Part shown: positions 16,212-28,125 of the stretch, piece by piece
Numbering within the stretch: the first letter of the stretch is position 1
How the letters are laid out: the number at the start of each line of letters is the position of its first letter
DNA from: Brevibacterium luteolum
GTDB lineage: Bacteria > Actinomycetota > Actinomycetes > Actinomycetales > Brevibacteriaceae
Length of the DNA: 38,939 bases
Direction: 5' to 3'
NCBI RefSeq assembly: GCF_013004595.1
Contig: NZ_JABEMC010000014.1
Location: 1 to 38,939, forward strand
Position numbers and translations under genes: made by a program
The notes under the pieces: model-generated
Told to the model about the DNA's origin: nothing
The model's input: the letters and a program-made list of their open reading frames with translations, nothing else
Databases searched by the model: none

Positions 16212-17189
16212 ATGGCATTTCGTTCTCCCCTCTCACAGCTGCGCACACCCCGCGCGCAGAGCCGCACCTGGCGCATCCCCCTTCTCATCACCGGCCTGGT
16301 GACCACAGCCGCACTGGCCCTGTCGGCCTGCAGCCTGGCTGACACCTCGGGTACGGATGATGACCGCCCGCTGGTGCTCACCACCTTCACCGTGCTCAAG
16401 GACATCGCCGCCAATGTCGCAGGCGAGCACCTGCGCGTAGAGTCGATCACGAAGGAAGGCGCGGAGATCCACGGCTATGAGCCCTCCCCCAGCGACATCC
16501 GGCACGCCGAGGAAGCCGATCTCGTCATGGAGAACGGCATGGGCCTGGAGAAGTGGTTCGAGCAGTTCATCGACGTCGCCGGCACGAAGCACGTCGTGCT
16601 CACCGACGGCGTCGAACCGATCGACATCACCGAGGACGCCTACGCCGGCAAGCCGAACCCGCACGCCTGGATGTCGCCTGCCAACACCGCGATCTACGTC
16701 AAGAACATGGTGAAGGCCTTCTCCGAGCTCGACCCCGACCACGCTGCGGACTTCGAGGCCAACGCCGAGGACTACACCGCCAAGCTCACCGAGGTCGAGA
16801 CGAAGCTGACCGACACGCTTGAGACCCTGCCGGAGAACCAGCGCGCGCTCGTCACCTGCGAAGGGGCGTTCTCCTACCTCGCCCGCGATGCCGGACTGAC
16901 TGAGAAGTACATCTGGCCGGTCAACGCCGAGCACGAAGCCACCCCGCAGCAGGTCGCCTCGACCATCGAGTTCGTGCGCGAAAATGACGTCCCGGCCGTG
17001 TTCTGCGAATCAACCGTCAACGACAAGGCGATGCAGCAGGTCGTCGACGCCACCAACGCGAGCTTCGGCGGCACCCTCTACGTCGACTCGCTCACCACCG
17101 CAGATGGCCCCGTGCCGACCTACCTCGATCTCATCACCCACGATGCCGAGACCATCGCCGATGCCCTGACTGGGACCCAAGGTACATGA
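16212..17189 (+). CDS. Mn/Fe/Zn ABC transporter substrate-binding lipoprotein (MntA/TroA family)
   Basis: Lipobox LSAC, EIHGYEP, NPHAWMSP, VTCEGAFSY, LYVDSL. Confidence 0.95.
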   Translation: MAFRSPLSQLRTPRAQSRTWRIPLLITGLVTTAALALSACSLADTSGTDDDRPLVLTTFTVLKDIAANVAGEHLRVESITKEGAEIHGYEPSPSDIRHAEEADLVMENGMGLEKWFEQFIDVAGTKHVVLTDGVEPIDITEDAYAGKPNPHAWMSPANTAIYVKNMVKAFSELDPDHAADFEANAEDYTAKLTEVETKLTDTLETLPENQRALVTCEGAFSYLARDAGLTEKYIWPVNAEHEATPQQVASTIEFVRENDVPAVFCESTVNDKAMQQVVDATNASFGGTLYVDSLTTADGPVPTYLDLITHDAETIADALTGTQGT

Positions 17190-17244
17190 CGGCCACCACA
17201 GCCCTACTAGCGTCGTTCATCCGACTGCGCTTGACTGGACACCG

Positions 17245-18165
17245 ATGAACTCTTCCCGGCACACCCGCCAGCCTGCGGCACACCAACCCGGACCCGGTGC
17301 GTCCACCGCCCTGGAGGTCCGGAACGTCACGGTGCGCTATGGCTCAGTGCTGGCTCTCGACGAGGCGAGCGCCGTCATCGGACGCGGCCGCATCTGCGGT
17401 CTGGTCGGCATGAACGGCGCCGGTAAGTCCACCCTGTTCAAGTCGATCGTCGGCAGCCTCAAACCGCAGGCGGGTTCCGTGCGCATCGCCGGCCTGCCGC
17501 CTGCCAAGGCCCGGCGGGCCAGGCTCATCGGGTACGTGCCGCAGGCCGAGATCGTCGACTGGGACTTCCCGATCACCGTGCGCGAGGTAGTGGGCTCCGG
17601 CCGCTACGGGCGCACCGGGATCACCCGCCGACTCACGCGGGCCGACCAGGACGCCGTCGAGGCCGCACTGGCCCGCGTCGAGCTCACAGAGCTGGCCGGC
17701 CGGCAGATCGGCCAGCTCTCCGGCGGGCAGCGCAAGCGCGCCTTCGTCGCCCGGGGCCTGGCGCAGGAGGCCTCGGTGCTGCTGCTCGATGAGCCCTTCG
17801 CCGGCGTCGACAAGCGCTCTGAGCAGATGATCTCGACGGTGCTGCGCGAGGCCGCCGATGCCGGGACGACGATCGTCGTGTCCACCCACGATCTGCACGC
17901 GCTGCCGGATCTGGCCGATGAGGCGATCCTGCTCATGCGGCGCGTGCTGCTGCACGACTCGCCTGCCGAGGTGCTGCGTCCGCAGAACCTGGCGCTGGCC
18001 TTCGGACTCGATCCGCTCGGCCGGCCGACCGACACCCGGCGGGCCGACGAGACCCCGGCTGCCGACGGGGCCCCGACTGACAGCGCGGCCCCGACTGACA
18101 GCGCGGCCCCGACTCCCCGTGACGCTGCGGCCCGCGATGAGAACTGGGACGGTGAACGGCATTGA
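17245..18165 (+). CDS. Metal ABC transporter ATP-binding protein
   Basis: GMNGAGKST, YVPQ, LSGGQRKR, LLDEPF, STHD. Confidence 0.95.
   Translation: MNSSRHTRQPAAHQPGPGASTALEVRNVTVRYGSVLALDEASAVIGRGRICGLVGMNGAGKSTLFKSIVGSLKPQAGSVRIAGLPPAKARRARLIGYVPQAEIVDWDFPITVREVVGSGRYGRTGITRRLTRADQDAVEAALARVELTELAGRQIGQLSGGQRKRAFVARGLAQEASVLLLDEPFAGVDKRSEQMISTVLREAADAGTTIVVSTHDLHALPDLADEAILLMRRVLLHDSPAEVLRPQNLALAFGLDPLGRPTDTRRADETPAADGAPTDSAAPTDSAAPTPRDAAARDENWDGERH
18070..18114. repeat. 18-bp tandem repeat (2.5 copies) in the ATPase C-terminal tail
   Basis: GCCCCGACTGACAGCGCG at 18070 and 18088, partial at 18106; encodes APTDSA. Confidence 0.85.
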
Positions 18166-19013
18166 ACATCATCCACCTGCTCGCCGACCCGCTGTCCTAT
18201 GAGTTCATGACCCGCGCGCTCATCGCCGCGGTCATGGTCTCGATCGTCTGCGCGCTGCTGTCGTGCTGGCTGGTGCTCATCGGCTGGTCGCTCATGGGCG
18301 ACGCGGTCTCCCATGCGGTGCTGCCCGGGGTTGTGCTCGCCTATGTCCTCGACCTGCCGTTCGCCATCGGCGCGCTCGTGTTCGGGTTCCTGGCCGTCAT
18401 CCTCATCGGGGCGGTGCGCGACACGTCCCGGGTCAAGGAGGATGCCGCGATCGGCATCGTGTTCACCACGCTGTTCGCCTTCGGCATCGTGCTCGTGTCC
18501 GTCACCCCTTCGGATACGGACCTCATGCACATCATCTTCGGCAACATCCTCGGCGTCTCCCGGCAGGACCTCACCCAGATCCTCATCCTCACGATCGCCG
18601 TGCTGCTCGTCGTGCTCCTCAAGCGCCGCGACTTCACCCTCTACGCCTTCGACCCGACGCACGCGCATGCGATCGGCATGAGCCCGCGTCTCATCGGCGC
18701 GGTCATGCTCGCCCTGCTCGCGGTCACCGCGGTGGCGACGCTGCAGATCGTCGGCGTCGTCCTCGTCGTCGCAATGCTCATCATCCCCGGTGCCTCGGCC
18801 TACCTGCTGACGAACCGGATGAGCATGATGCTCATCATCGCCCCGGCGATCTCGGTCGGCTGTTCGCTCATCGGCCTGTACACCAGCTATTACGCCGACA
18901 CCGCGTCGGGCGGCATGATCGTGCTGGCGCAGGGGCTCGCCTTCACGTTCATCTACCTCTTCAGCCCCCGCCAGGGGGTCATCGCCCGGCAGCTCAAGCG
19001 CCGGCAGCCGCGC

Positions 19014-19025
<12 letters not shown>
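18162..19025 (+). CDS. Metal ABC transporter permease
   Basis: MGDAVSHAVLPG, KEDAAIGIVF, HIIFGNILG, FDPTHA. TTG start overlaps the upstream stop. Confidence 0.95.
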
Positions 19026-21289
<2,264 letters not shown>

Positions 21290-21435
21290 CTACCTCCCGA
21301 GGCGGAATACGGCGTGGGGTCGCTGGCTCAATCGTAGTCCGTCGCAGCGGCCCGGCACCACACCCAGGACAAGGCCCGCCTGCAGCTCCGGCTGTGAGTC
21401 TGCCCACGCCTCAGGCGCGGTCTACACTTGAGCCC

Positions 21436-22041
21436 ATGAGCGATCACGATGATGTGTCTGTTCCCCACGCCTTCGCCGCGACCCCGCAGCTGGCCGGCAC
21501 ACGGGTGCTGCTGCGCCGGGTCGAGGTCTCCGACGCCGAGGTGCTGGCCGCCGCTGCCGGTGATCTCCCGTCCTCGTGGGTGACGAGTGTGCCCGCGCCC
21601 GAGGCGATGGCTGATGAGATCGTGCGCCGGCAGGGCCTGCAGGCAGCTGGGTCCATGGCGCCGTTCACGGTCATAGCCGACGGCCGGCCGGTGGGCATGA
21701 CGACGTTCATGAACATCGATGCGGCCAACCGGCGGGTCGAGATCGGTTCGACGTGGCTGTCTCCTGCCGTGCAGGGCACTGGGGTGAATGCGGAGGCGAA
21801 GCTGCTGCTGCTCACCCGGGCGTTCGAGGTTCTTGACTGCATTGCGGTGGAGTTCCGCACGCATTTCCACAACTTCCAGTCCCGGGCGGCGATCGAACGC
21901 CTCGGCGCGAAGCCCGATGGGGTGCTGCGCTCCCACCAGCTGCTCGACGGGGTGCTGCGCGACACCGCTGTCTATTCGATCATCGCCTGCGAGTGGCTCA
22001 CGGTGAAGCGGGGACTGGAGCACCGGCTGGCGGGCCGCTGA
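21436..22041 (+). CDS. GNAT (RimJ/RimL-like) N-acetyltransferase
   Basis: RVEIGSTW, QGTGVNAEAKLLLL..AFE, N..SRAAIERLGA..DGVLR. TACACT lies 7 nt before the ATG. Confidence 0.9.
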   Translation: MSDHDDVSVPHAFAATPQLAGTRVLLRRVEVSDAEVLAAAAGDLPSSWVTSVPAPEAMADEIVRRQGLQAAGSMAPFTVIADGRPVGMTTFMNIDAANRRVEIGSTWLSPAVQGTGVNAEAKLLLLTRAFEVLDCIAVEFRTHFHNFQSRAAIERLGAKPDGVLRSHQLLDGVLRDTAVYSIIACEWLTVKRGLEHRLAGR

Positions 22042-22745
22042 GGTCCGCGTCGCGTTCGGCGATCCGCCGGTAGGTCGCGACGGTGAGCACGCCGATGAGG
22101 CTGTCGAGGATGAGGAGAACCGGGATTGCGATTCCGGTGATGATGAAGATGAGGCCCGACTGGCTGGCGGGCAGCTCCTTGAGGAAGAAGATGAGCCCGG
22201 CCATAGTGCCGAGACCGATGAGGAACAGCGGCAGCCCGAGTGCCATCGCCAGCGCCTCACGGCTCTTGAGCAGGTGCGGGATGACGATGGTGGCCCCGAG
22301 CGAGGCAAGGCTTGCCGTCCAGCACAGCAGGAAGACTGCGGCGTGACGCTTGGCAGTCGGCTGCCAGTCGTCGACGAACCGGTCGGAGACGGGGAAGTCG
22401 GTGAACAGCGGCCAGAAGGCTGACGCTGCGGTCAGGGCTGCGGCGATGATGACGGTGACGGCGATGAGGTAGCTGATGTGCCCGCGCCTGCCGGGTGCGA
22501 TGTCGAGGGTGCTGCCCGGGGTACCGGCGCCTGATGCCAGGTTCCGGTGGCTGCTGCACCGGTTGTTGTACTGGTTGCTGGCGATGGGGCTGCTGCGCCG
22601 GTGGCTCCTGGCGATACGGCCGTTGCGTCTGGAAGGCCCCGCCGCGGTCGATGCCGGGATAGCCCGGAGGCGGCGGGGGCACCTGGGGCTGGGCTGCAGG
22701 AGGTGCCGGTGGCTGCCGGTCGGCGTGCTCAGACGGGTGGCTCAT
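21998..22745 (-). pseudogene. Membrane protein, paralog of 22742..23671, with frameshift/deletion near 22500-22540
   Basis: A Pro/Gln-rich start (ATG 22745, ATGA-coupled) is in one frame; ...FWPLFTDFPVSDRFVDDWQPTAKRHAAVFLLCW... to the stop at 21998 is in another. Confidence 0.7.
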
Positions 22746-23671
22746 TGACGATGGCCTCCTGCAAAGGGGCCGCCGACAGGGCCGGTGGGCTCCTGCGGCT
22801 TCCTGCGCAGGCTTGTGATCGGCATGAGGCACACGACCATGGCGACGACAACAGCGAGGACGATCCCGACAGGGACGATGATGTCCACCGTCTCGTAGGC
22901 CGGCACATCCTTGAAGAACATGACGATGACGACTGCGAGGACCAGGCTGCCGAGCACCCAGCCGCCGCCGAAGATGAAGGCGATGATCGGGTTGACCGCC
23001 ATCATGCGCACCATGAAGACAGCCCCACCGGCAACCGAGAGCGTCACGGCCCAGCAGCACAGGAACACCACGAGCAGGTGTGCCGCATCCGCTTCCCAGC
23101 TGTCGATGAAGAGTCCCGATGGGACGAAGTCAGCCACGTACGGCCACACCAGGGTCGAGACTGTCAGCAGCCCGGCGTGCACGGCAGAGGTCGCGAAGAC
23201 GAACACCGTCACCGGCAGCCACTTCTGGGAGACGGTGGAGATGACCATGTTGTAGTCCATGAGCGGGAACATCCAGGACAGGACGACGAGGACGATCAGG
23301 CCCATGAGTCCCGTGTCCTCGGCCGGGATGACCTTTTCCGTATTGGTCGACAGCATCTCCGCGCCGGCCAGCCAGACGATGACGACCCCTCCCACGCTTA
23401 GCCCGAGGCTGACGAGCACGCCGCGACCGAAGCGCGACAGCCACCTGATCGGCTTCTCGTCGGAGAAGACCTCCTCCCGCTGCCGGTCGAGTTCGCTGAG
23501 GTCATAGCGGCCATCAACCCGCGGCACACCGGGGGCGTACATGTACGGCTCCCCGCCCTGCGGGTGCGGCACACGCTGCCCTGGCTGCGACGGCCGTGGC
23601 GCCCACTGCCCGGGCGGGCGCGGAGGCTGCGGGGGCACCGTCGGGTACGGCGGCTGGTTGGGATCGGTCAT
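22742..23671 (-). CDS. Uncharacterised multi-pass membrane protein with Pro/Gln-rich N-terminus
   Basis: About 6 hydrophobic segments; VWPYVADFVPSGLFIDSWEADAAHLLVVFLCCW. TACAGT lies 6 nt before the ATG. Confidence 0.8.
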   Translation of the reverse strand: MTDPNQPPYPTVPPQPPRPPGQWAPRPSQPGQRVPHPQGGEPYMYAPGVPRVDGRYDLSELDRQREEVFSDEKPIRWLSRFGRGVLVSLGLSVGGVVIVWLAGAEMLSTNTEKVIPAEDTGLMGLIVLVVLSWMFPLMDYNMVISTVSQKWLPVTVFVFATSAVHAGLLTVSTLVWPYVADFVPSGLFIDSWEADAAHLLVVFLCCWAVTLSVAGGAVFMVRMMAVNPIIAFIFGGGWVLGSLVLAVVIVMFFKDVPAYETVDIIVPVGIVLAVVVAMVVCLMPITSLRRKPQEPTGPVGGPFAGGHRQ

Positions 23672-23736
23672 GGTGCCACTGTAATAGCGCCTCGGTGCAC
23701 CTCAGGTTGCGCTGCTGTGGCAGCCCTGTGACATCC

Positions 23737-24750
23737 TCATCCGCCCAGCTGCGCCCACGCGGCAGCAGAACCGAGCTGCAGGTTGGTGGTGAAGGTCCGC
23801 TCCTGTCCGGTCAGCGGATCGGTGAAGACGAGTGTGGATGCCAGCAGCTGCAGGGGCGAGGAGAAGTCGTACGGGTCCGGGTTGCGATCGACCGGGTAGA
23901 CCGGGTCGCCGAGGATCGGCAGGCCGATCGCGTGCATATGCACGCGCAGCTGATGGGTTTTGCCGGTCACCGGCTGCAGCTCGAACTCCCCGATCCGCAC
24001 ACGCTCCTCCCCCGTGCCCGAGGCGGTGCGCGCCTGGCGGGTGCCTGTCACCTCGTGCACGGCTGCCAGCCGGATCCGGGTGTGGGTGTTGGGCTCGCCG
24101 TCGACTTCGCGGACCTGCCGGTCACCGGCCGTCTTCTCCAGCCGGGTGCGGCGCTCACCGGGCAGCGTGCCGGGATCGAAGCCCGGCGGCAGGACTGCCA
24201 GTGCCCGGTAGGTCTTCGTCACCGTCCGGTCCTGGAACAGCCGCTGATAGCGTCCGCGGGTCTCCGGCCGGCGCGAGAGCACCAGCAGTCCCGCGGTCAC
24301 CCGGTCGAGGCGGTGGATGGCGACGAGATCGGGTTCGCTGCGGTTGACGCGCAGCCGGGTGACAGCGCATTCGCGCACGAACCGGCCGTTGGGGGTGCTG
24401 GCGAGGAAGTGGGGCTTGTCGATGACGAGCAGGTCCTCGTCTTCTGCCACGATGCCGATCTCGAACGGCACGCGCCGCTCGGGCGGCACCGGGCGGTGGA
24501 ACCAGTAGAACGCTCCGGGGATGACCGGGTCCTCCAGCCGGGCCGGCCCGGCCTCGGCCGTGCACAGGCGGCCCTCGGTGACCAGCGCAGCCCGCGCCTC
24601 GGGGGTGGAGTCCGGGACAAGAGCGGCGAGCATCTCGCCGACGCTGGCCGGCACCGGGGCGTCGGCCAGGGCGTGGGTCTCATGCCCGCCGGGGGCGCGC
24701 AGGCGCGTGGCGGTGATCCCCTCGCGTGGGGGCAGTGGGCTGCGGGGCAT
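23737..24750 (-). CDS. RluA-family pseudouridine synthase
   Basis: VIDKPHFL, HRLDRVTAG, PVTGKTHQLRVHM, PILGDPVY. Confidence 0.93.
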   Translation of the reverse strand: MPRSPLPPREGITATRLRAPGGHETHALADAPVPASVGEMLAALVPDSTPEARAALVTEGRLCTAEAGPARLEDPVIPGAFYWFHRPVPPERRVPFEIGIVAEDEDLLVIDKPHFLASTPNGRFVRECAVTRLRVNRSEPDLVAIHRLDRVTAGLLVLSRRPETRGRYQRLFQDRTVTKTYRALAVLPPGFDPGTLPGERRTRLEKTAGDRQVREVDGEPNTHTRIRLAAVHEVTGTRQARTASGTGEERVRIGEFELQPVTGKTHQLRVHMHAIGLPILGDPVYPVDRNPDPYDFSSPLQLLASTLVFTDPLTGQERTFTTNLQLGSAAAWAQLGG

Positions 24751-24767
24751 ACGCCCAGCCTACGGGT

Positions 24768-25022
24768 TCAGCAGTTCTCCCCGGTTGCCCGCAGGTACAG
24801 GTGGGTCATCTGGTCGGCGAAGGCGCGGCGTTCGGCCGTGCTGAAGCGGGAGCCGAAGTAGGTGTAGAGGGTGCCGACCGAACAGCCGGCCAGCAGGGCC
24901 ACGCGCTTCATCGAGACGTCGATGATGCCGTTGGCTGAGATCTCGTGACGCGCGGCCTCGAGGATCTCACGGCGACGCAGCACTGCCCGGTCGCGGGCTT
25001 GGATCGTGCGACGGGTGGTCAT
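24768..25022 (-). pseudogene. Short TetR-family HTH protein (84 aa), apparently lacking most of the ligand-binding domain
   Basis: RRREILEAA...SMKRVALLAGCSVGTLYTYFGS, then only ~27 aa. GAGGAG precedes ATG 25022. Confidence 0.65.
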
Positions 25023-25100
25023 CGTATGCTCCTCTGCCAGCGCGCAGCGCTGCGCGAAGCGTGAGATCCGGTCGCGCTTGAACGGCAGTGTCACCGTTCG

Positions 25101-25118
25101 ATGTGATCTAGATCACAT
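25101..25118. promoter_or_regulatory. CRP/GlxR-type binding site
   Basis: Perfect palindrome ATGTGATCTAGATCACAT = TGTGA-N6-TCACA. Confidence 0.75.
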
Positions 25119-25299
25119 TAACGGCTTGTCGTATCGCAACTGTTAAACACACCGGCATCGCGAGAGAATCTCACACTTCAGCAGGGATTCCATTCGGCTG
25201 GACACGCAGTATCAACTTCCGGGAATCAACCGTTCGGATGATGGCAGGATCAGCCGCCGGCCCGATGTGCACCGCTGCCTGGCGGGCGACGATGGAGGC

Positions 25300-25701
25300 A
25301 TGCTGACACCTGCGATCATCTTCATCACCCTGGCTCTGGTCTTCTACACCATCGGCGTATGGGCCGAGCACCTGCGCAAGAGCCTGACATGGACCCATGT
25401 CGTGTTCTTCGGACTCGGGCTCGTCTGCGATGCCACGGGCACCGAGTTCATGCGCCGCATCGCCGCCTCCGGCGAATCGGACCTGTTCACCGGCACGGCA
25501 GCCGGGATCCTCGGCACGACGATGGCGATCACCGGCGCGCTGGCCCTGCTGCTCATGGCTATCCACTTCGTGTGGGCGCTCATCGTCATGATCCGCGGCA
25601 CTGAGGAGGCCAAGCAGACCTTCCACCGCTTCTCGCTCATCGTGTGGATCATCTGGCTGGTGCCCTACTTCACCGGCATGGCCGCCTCGATGCTCGGTTG
25701 A
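25300..25701 (+). CDS. HsmA-family (TIGR03987) membrane protein
   Basis: AIIFITLALVFYTIGVWAE, GL.CD.TGT..M, TG.LALLLM.IH..WA, FHRFSLIVW.IWLVPY..G. GGAGG precedes ATG 25300. Confidence 0.8.
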   Translation: MLTPAIIFITLALVFYTIGVWAEHLRKSLTWTHVVFFGLGLVCDATGTEFMRRIAASGESDLFTGTAAGILGTTMAITGALALLLMAIHFVWALIVMIRGTEEAKQTFHRFSLIVWIIWLVPYFTGMAASMLG

Positions 25702-25713
25702 GACCGCCGCCTG

Positions 25714-27414
25714 TCACGCTCGCTCCACCAGCAGATCGACGGCCACTCCCTCTGGCAGCGCACCGTACTCTCTGCCTCGGTCACGGCCGAGCCGCGCCGT
25801 GACGAACGCGGCAGCTACCTCAGACGATGCATAGGCTCTGAGGACCGCCGACTGGTAAAGCAATGCCATCTGCTCGACAAGAACTCGGCCACTCGCCTGC
25901 AGCCTAGCGACTGCCTCGCGCGACCCGTCGACCGAAAGCACCTCTTGAGCCTCGGTCAGCCTGCGGGCCAATCGCTCGTACGCATGGTCGTAGGCCCCGT
26001 CCGATCCGAGTCCCGTCTCGAGGAATGCAAGGAATGCCTTTGCCGCGTGCGGCTCGCGGGCCAGCGCACGCAGCACATCGAGAACAATGACGTTGCCGGA
26101 GCCCTCCCAGACCGCCAGGACGGGCTGTTCGCGATACCGCCGAGCCAAAGGGAAATCCTCCGTGTACCCGTTGCCTCCGAGACACTCAAGGGACTCATAT
26201 GCGTGCTCGGGCCCACGCTTGCAGACCCAGTACTTTGCTACCGCCGTTGTCAGCCTTCGTAGTGCGGCCGCCTCGGCAGTCTCAGAGTTGCCCTGGGGCC
26301 TTTCGTAAAGGCTGGCAAGGTGCAGCGCGCTCCATGTTGCGGCTTCAGCTTCGAGCTGGAGATCTGCAATCACTGATCGCATGAGCGGCTGATCCACAAG
26401 TCGCGCTCCGAAAGCGCTTCGATGCCGTGTATGCCATGCGGCTTCCGCTACGCCCTGTCGCATTCCCGCAGCGGAACCGATGACGCAGTCGAAACGCGTC
26501 CGCGAAACCATCTCGATGATGGAGCGGACGCCACGACCGGGTTCTCCCAGCAGCCAGCCCACCGTCTCATCCATCTCGATTTCCGACGAAGCGTTCGACC
26601 TGTTGCCCAATTTGTTCTTCAGTCGCTGGATGCGGAATACGTTGAGCTCTCCGCCGGGAAGCACTCGCGGAACCACGAAGCAGCTGACCCCTTCAGGCAG
26701 CTGCGCAAGCACGAGGAAAGCGTCCGACTGCGGTGCCGAACAGAACCATTTGTGCCCGGTCAGCCTATAGGTCCCATCCTGCGCTGCCACCGCCTGTGTG
26801 GTGTTGGCGCGGACGTCGGAGCCACCCTGCTTCTCTGTCATCGCCATGCCGAAAGTGACAGCGTTCTTCTCTGCCGGGTCTATGCGTCGTGGATCGTATC
26901 CGGCGTGGGTCGCGCGCGGGATCCAGAACTCAGCCAGTTCGCTGTTGAACTGGAGCGAGGCAACCGCGGCATGCGTCATCGAGACAGGGCACCCGTGGCC
27001 GGGCTCAATCTGGCTGAAAAGGAATGAACGTGCTGCGCGTTCCACCTCGGCCCCTTCATCTGCGCGGTTCCACGCCAGCGAGTGGGTTGACCGTTCGAGT
27101 GAGGCCGCAATCACGCGATGGTAGGCAGGATGGAATTCGACGTCGTCAATTCGATTGCCCCACCGATCATGAGTGTGGAGAACCGGTGTGTAGATGTTGG
27201 CCAGTTCTGCGTCGCGCTGATAGTCACTACTTCCGATCAGCTCTCCGATTTCCTCTAACGTCGAGGTATCTGCCGAGGGGGCGAACGCCGACACGGAGTC
27301 GACTAGCGCAGCGTTCGACGAGTATTCGTCAATGTCGGTTCGCTGCGGAGCCTGATTGAACACCGCGTGAGTTTGGTGTCCACCCGCAGCAGGGTGGCGA
27401 TGATCCGTAGTCAC
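25714..27414 (-). CDS. Acyl-CoA dehydrogenase, AidB-like
   Basis: THAVFNQ, VEFHPAYH, GHGCPVSMT, MAMTEKQGGSDV, GHKWFCSAP, ECLGGNGY, WEGSGNV. Confidence 0.93.
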   Translation of the reverse strand: MTTDHRHPAAGGHQTHAVFNQAPQRTDIDEYSSNAALVDSVSAFAPSADTSTLEEIGELIGSSDYQRDAELANIYTPVLHTHDRWGNRIDDVEFHPAYHRVIAASLERSTHSLAWNRADEGAEVERAARSFLFSQIEPGHGCPVSMTHAAVASLQFNSELAEFWIPRATHAGYDPRRIDPAEKNAVTFGMAMTEKQGGSDVRANTTQAVAAQDGTYRLTGHKWFCSAPQSDAFLVLAQLPEGVSCFVVPRVLPGGELNVFRIQRLKNKLGNRSNASSEIEMDETVGWLLGEPGRGVRSIIEMVSRTRFDCVIGSAAGMRQGVAEAAWHTRHRSAFGARLVDQPLMRSVIADLQLEAEAATWSALHLASLYERPQGNSETAEAAALRRLTTAVAKYWVCKRGPEHAYESLECLGGNGYTEDFPLARRYREQPVLAVWEGSGNVIVLDVLRALAREPHAAKAFLAFLETGLGSDGAYDHAYERLARRLTEAQEVLSVDGSREAVARLQASGRVLVEQMALLYQSAVLRAYASSEVAAAFVTARLGRDRGREYGALPEGVAVDLLVERA

Positions 27415-28028
27415 ATTGTCTCCTCATTGAGTTCTAAGATTCTTCGGCCAGCTGCGGTCAACAGGCCGATCAGACGCCCCTGCTCTCTTGCCGAGACTGG
27501 TTCAGATGACAGTAGGGGCTCGGTCAGCACCTCCGTCACCATCCCGACAATCATGCGACCGAGCACGTGAGGGTCTTGGCTCAGCCCAATCCCAGCAGAC
27601 AATCGCTCGATCCCTGCAGCGCAGACGGCGGCATAATCAGCGCGAAACGCCAGACGCTCGGTGTACACCACGTGCGGAACGTCATCGAAGAGCAGGGCGC
27701 GCGCAAGCATCTGGTTGGCGAATGCTCGGGCACAGAAGGTACCCACGTACTGATCGACAAGTTCGGCGAGTGTTTCGGCTTCAGCAGTAGCTGCAACGAT
27801 CGCGTCCAGCTCATGACCTGACGTGTGGGCGAAGGTCCGACGCAGCAATTCATCGCGGTTGGAGAAGTAGCGGTAGATCAGACCGGTTGAACAGCCAACT
27901 TCAGCAGCGACGGCTTTGATCGTCGCGGAGTGGAAGCCTGAGCGACCCACAACTTTCCGCGTCCCTTCCGCAATCGATCGCTCGCGTTCCGCAATGCGCC
28001 TGCGCTCACGGGCGGTCTTTCGATACAT
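27411..28028 (-). CDS. TetR-family regulator
   Basis: MYRKTA...TIKAVAAEVGCSTGLIYRYF. GAAAGGGAG precedes ATG 28028; stop overlaps the dehydrogenase start. Confidence 0.88.
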   Translation of the reverse strand: MYRKTARERRRIAERERSIAEGTRKVVGRSGFHSATIKAVAAEVGCSTGLIYRYFSNRDELLRRTFAHTSGHELDAIVAATAEAETLAELVDQYVGTFCARAFANQMLARALLFDDVPHVVYTERLAFRADYAAVCAAGIERLSAGIGLSQDPHVLGRMIVGMVTEVLTEPLLSSEPVSAREQGRLIGLLTAAGRRILELNEETM

Positions 28029-28062
28029 CGACTCCCTTTCGCCGGCAGACCTTCCCTGAAAA

Positions 28063-28080
28063 ATTGAACCATGGTTCAAT
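28063..28080. promoter_or_regulatory. Perfect palindrome, probable operator of the adjacent TetR
   Basis: ATTGAACCATGGTTCAAT, between the divergent tetR and CoA-ligase genes. Confidence 0.7.
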
Positions 28081-28125
28081 AGGTGTCAGTGTGGCACACG
28101 TCGCATCAAAAGAACAGGAGGAGCA

